A DNA stretch of 64,000 nt. Source: Auanema rhodensis. Its lineage: Eukaryota; Animalia; Nematoda. The stretch spans positions 22,010,001 to 22,074,000 of the forward strand of contig OZ059895.1 of assembly GCA_964057225.1 (NCBI GenBank), given 5' to 3'. A model generated the notes under the pieces. It worked only from the letters and a program-made list of their open reading frames with translations, had not been told where the DNA came from and made no database searches. How positions within the stretch are numbered: the first letter of the stretch is position 1; every line of letters begins with the position of its first letter. Shown here piece after piece: positions 60,301-64,000 of this stretch. The translations under genes were made by a program, and so were the position numbers.

Positions 60301-60627
60301 TGAAAGATAAAGAGATGCGGTTTTCAAAATAGATTCCCCATTTCCATATTAGTCTAAAAACAAATTTTTATTGATATTGGTGCATGGCAACCATGACTTT
60401 AAAATTTACGTGAACTTTAATTTATGCTAATTAAGTGTACACATGATGTGCACTTGGTATGGAACTCGCTTCACGTCAAAGATAAAGAGAAGAGGTTTTC
60501 AAAATAAGATTCCCCATGTCAATATTAGTCTAAAAACAAATTTTTATTAATATTGGTGCATGGTAACCATGACTTTGAAATTTACGTGAACTTTAATTTA
60601 TGCTAATTAAGTGTACACATGATGTGC
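57396..60627. repeat. Tandem 9-monomer (1582 bp) higher-order duplication
   Basis: CTTCAAGTCA at 57481/59063, TTTTAGTAA at 58081/59663 and GGAACTCG at 58879/60461; offset 1582 = 9x176-2. Confidence 0.9.
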
Positions 60628-63600
60628 GCTTGGTATGTAACTCGCTTCACGTGAAAGATAAAGAGATGCGGTTTTCATAATTAGATTCCTCATTTCCATA
60701 TTAGTCTAAAAACAAATTTTTATTAATATTGGTGCATGGTAACCATGACTTTGAAATTTACGTGAACTTTAATTTATGCTAATTAAGTGTACACATGATG
60801 TGCACTTGGTATGTAACTCGCTTCACGTGAAAGATGAAGAGATGCGGTTTTCAAAATTAGATTCCCCATGTCCATATTAGTCTAAAAACAAATTTTTATT
60901 AATATTGGTGCATGGTAACCATGACTTTGAAATTTACGTGAACTTTAATTTATGCTAATTAAGTGTACACATGATGTGCACTTGGTATGTAACTCGCTTC
61001 ACGTGAAAGATAAAGAGATGCGGTTTTCCAAATTAGATTTCGCATGTCCATATTAGTCTAAAAACAAATTTTTATTGATATTGGTGCATGGTAACCATGA
61101 CTTTGAAATTTACGTGAACTTTAATTTATGCTAATTAAGTGTACACATGATGTGCACTCGGTATGTAACTCGCTTCACGTGAAAGATGAAGAGATGCGGT
61201 TTTCAAAATTAGATTCCTCATGTCCATATTAGTCTAAAAACGAATTTTTATTGATATTGGTGCATGGTAACCATGACTTTGAAATTTACGTGAACTTTAA
61301 TTTATGCTTATTAAGTGTACACGTGATGTGCACTTGGTATGTAACTCGCTTCACGTGAAATATAAAGGGATGCGGTTTTCAAAATTAGATTCCCCATGTC
61401 CATATTAGTCTAAAAACAAATTTTTATTAATATTGGTGCATGGTAACCATGACTTTAAAATTTACGTGAACTTTAATTTATGCTAATTAAGTGTACACAT
61501 GATGTGCACTCGGTATGTAACTCGCTTCACGTGAAAGATGAAGAGATGCGGTTTTCAAAATTAGATTCCTCATGTCCATATTAGTCTAAAAACGAATTTT
61601 TATTGATATTGGTGCATGGTAACCATGACTTTGAAATTTACGTGAACTTTAATTTATGCTTATTAAGTGTACACGTGATGTGCACTTGGTATGTAACTCG
61701 CTTCACGTGAAATATAAAGGGATGCGGTTTTCAAAATTAGATTCCCCATGTCCATATTAGTCTAAAAACAAATTTTTATTAATATTGGTGCATGGTAACT
61801 ATGACTTTGAAATTTACGTGAACTTTAATTTATGCTAATTAAGTGTACACATGATGTGCACTCGGTATGTAACTCGCTTCACGTGAAAGATGAAGAGATG
61901 CGGTTTTCAAAATTAGATTCCCCATGTCCATATTAGTCTAAAAACAAATTTTTATTAATATTGGTGCATGGCAACCATGACTTTAAAATTTACGTGAACT
62001 TTAATTTATGCTAATTAAGTGTACACATGATGTGCACTTGGTATGTAACTCGTTTCACGTCAAAGATAAAGAGATGCGGTTTTCAAAATTGGATTCCCCA
62101 TGTCCATATTAGTCTAAAAACAAATTTTTATTAATATTGGTGCATGGTAACTATGACTTTGAAATTTACGTGAACTTTAATTTATGCTAATTAAGTGTAC
62201 ACATGATGTGCACTTGGTATGTAACTCGCTTCACGTGAAAGATGAAGAGATGCGGTTTTCAAAATTAGATTCCCCATGTCCATATTAGTCTAAAAACAAA
62301 TTTTTATTAATATTGGTGCATGGCAACCATGACTTTAAAATTTACGTGAACTTTAATTTATGCTAATTAAGTGTACACATGATGTGCACTTGGTATGTAA
62401 CTCGCTTCACGTGAAAGATAAAGAGATGCGGTTTTCAAAATAGATTCCCCATTTCCATATTAGTCTAAAAACAAATTTTTATTGATATTGGTGCATGGCA
62501 ACCATGACTTTAAAATTTACGTGAACTTTAATTTATGCTAATTAAGTGTACACATGATGTGCACTTGGTATGGAACTCGCTTCACGTCAAAGATAAAGAG
62601 AAGAGGTTTTCAAAATAAGATTCCCCATGTCAATATTAGTCTAAAAACAAATTTTTATTAATATTGGTGCATGGTAACCATGACTTTGAAATTTACGTGA
62701 ACTTTAATTTATGCTAATTAAGTGTACACATGATGTGCGCTTGGTATGTAACTCGCTTCACGTGAAAGATAAAGAGATGCGGTTTTCATAATTAGATTCC
62801 TCATTTCCATATTAGTCTAAAAACAAATTTTTATTAATATTGGTGCATGGTAACCATGACTTTGAAATTTACGTGAACTTTAATTTATGCTAATTAAGTG
62901 TACACATGATGTGCACTTGGTATGTAACTCGCTTCACGTGAAAGATGAAGAGATGCGGTTTTCAAAATTAGATTCCCCATGTCCATATTAGTCTAAAAAC
63001 AAATTTTTATTAATATTGGTGCATGGTAACCATGACTTTGAAATTTACGTGAACTTTAATTTATGCTAATTAAGTGTACACATGATGTGCACTTGGTATG
63101 TAACTCGCTTCACGTGAAAGATAAAGAGATGCGGTTTTCCAAATTAGATTTCGCATGTCCATATTAGTCTAAAAACAAATTTTTATTGATATTGGTGCAT
63201 GGTAACCATGACTTTGAAATTTACGTGAACTTTAATTTATGCTAATTAAGTGTACACATGATGTGCACTCGGTATGTAACTCGCTTCACGTGAAAGATGA
63301 AGAGATGCGGTTTTCAAAATTAGATTCCTCATGTCCATATTAGTCTAAAAACGAATTTTTATTGATATTGGTGCATGGTAACCATGACTTTGAAATTTAC
63401 GTGAACTTTAATTTATGCTTATTAAGTGTACACGTGATGTGCACTTGGTATGTAACTCGCTTCACGTGAAATATAAAGGGATGCGGTTTTCAAAATTAGA
63501 TTCCCCATGTCCATATTAGTCTAAAAACAAATTTTTATTAATATTGGTGCATGGTAACCATGACTTTAAAATTTACGTGAACTTTAATTTATGCTAATTA

Positions 63601-64000
63601 AGTGTACACATGATGTGCACTCGGTATGTAACTCGCTTCACGTGAAAGATGAAGAGATGCGGTTTTCAAAATTAGATTCCTCATGTCCATATTAGTCTAA
63701 AAACGAATTTTTATTGATATTGGTGCATGGTAACCATGACTTTGAAATTTACGTGAACTTTAATTTATGCTTATTAAGTGTACACGTGATGTGCACTTGG
63801 TATGTAACTCGCTTCACGTGAAATATAAAGGGATGCGGTTTTCAAAATTAGATTCCCCATGTCCATATTAGTCTAAAAACAAATTTTTATTAATATTGGT
63901 GCATGGTAACTATGACTTTGAAATTTACGTGAACTTTAATTTATGCTAATTAAGTGTACACATGATGTGCACTCGGTATGTAACTCGCTTCACGTGAAAG
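59753..64000. repeat. Tandem 12-monomer (2111 bp) higher-order duplication reaching the window end
   Basis: GGAACTCG at 60461/62572, CTCGG variant base at 61159/63270 and 61863/63974, and AACTATG variant base at 61800/63911; offset 2111 = 12x176-1. Confidence 0.9.

Larger units (their letters stand above)
1..64000. repeat. Tandem satellite array, 176-bp monomer, ~363.7 copies, centromere-like
   Basis: The GTCTAAAAAC register recurs at 1, 177, 353, 529, 706, 882, 1059 ... 63871. 63870 = 363x176 - 18, so only sparse 1-bp indels shift the register. Monomers differ from the consensus by a few substitutions, and the array runs off both window ends. Confidence 0.99.

Noticed and set aside
1-64000. 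CRISPR array or other repeat-spacer system
   Set aside because: There are no unique spacers; the entire 176-bp unit repeats, and there are no cas or other genes.
1-64000. Protein-coding repeat ORF
   Set aside because: 176 is not a multiple of 3 and TAA/TGA/TAG are frequent on both strands, so the frame rotates into stops and only short ORFs are possible.
1-64000. 5S rDNA, tRNA, snRNA tandem array or telomeric repeat
   Set aside because: No 5S, tRNA or snRNA sequence hallmarks or Pol III boxes recognised, and no short telomeric motif.
1-64000. Embedded transposon, inversion or unique island
   Set aside because: Monomer register and orientation persisted throughout my reading, and the net length drift is only -18 bp.
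1-64000. SNP pattern as a programmed code or diversification system
   Set aside because: The patterns are adequately explained by mutation plus in-register duplication and recombination; nothing indicates targeted diversification.

Overview
The whole 64 kb window is one uninterrupted, head-to-tail array of an AT-rich (~32% GC by hand count of the consensus) 176-bp satellite: about 363 complete monomers plus one partial, all in the same orientation. Consensus: GTCTAAAAACAAATTTTTATT(G/A)ATATTGGTGCATGGTAACCATGACTTT(G/A)AAATTTACGTGAACTTTAATTTATGCTAATTAAGTGTACAC(A/G)TGATGTGCACTTGGTATGTAACTCGCTTCACGT(G/C)AAAGATAAAGAGATGCGGTTTTCAAAATTAGATTCCCCATGTCCATATTA. I found no genes, RNA genes, transposon insertions, inversions or CRISPR spacers. 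The nucleosome-scale unit and high homogeneity resemble a eukaryotic centromeric or pericentromeric satellite; I do not recognise the family or the organism. The informative structure is hidden in the variants. Rare SNPs reveal local higher-order duplications of 5, 6, 7, 9, 12, 14, 24 and ~27-30 monomers, two variant subfamilies layered A-B-A-B with a ~44.16 kb collinear offset, and a monomer rich in dyad symmetry that looks like a degenerate fold-back. All spacings were read by eye, so block boundaries are approximate. I see no evidence for a new protein-coding system.
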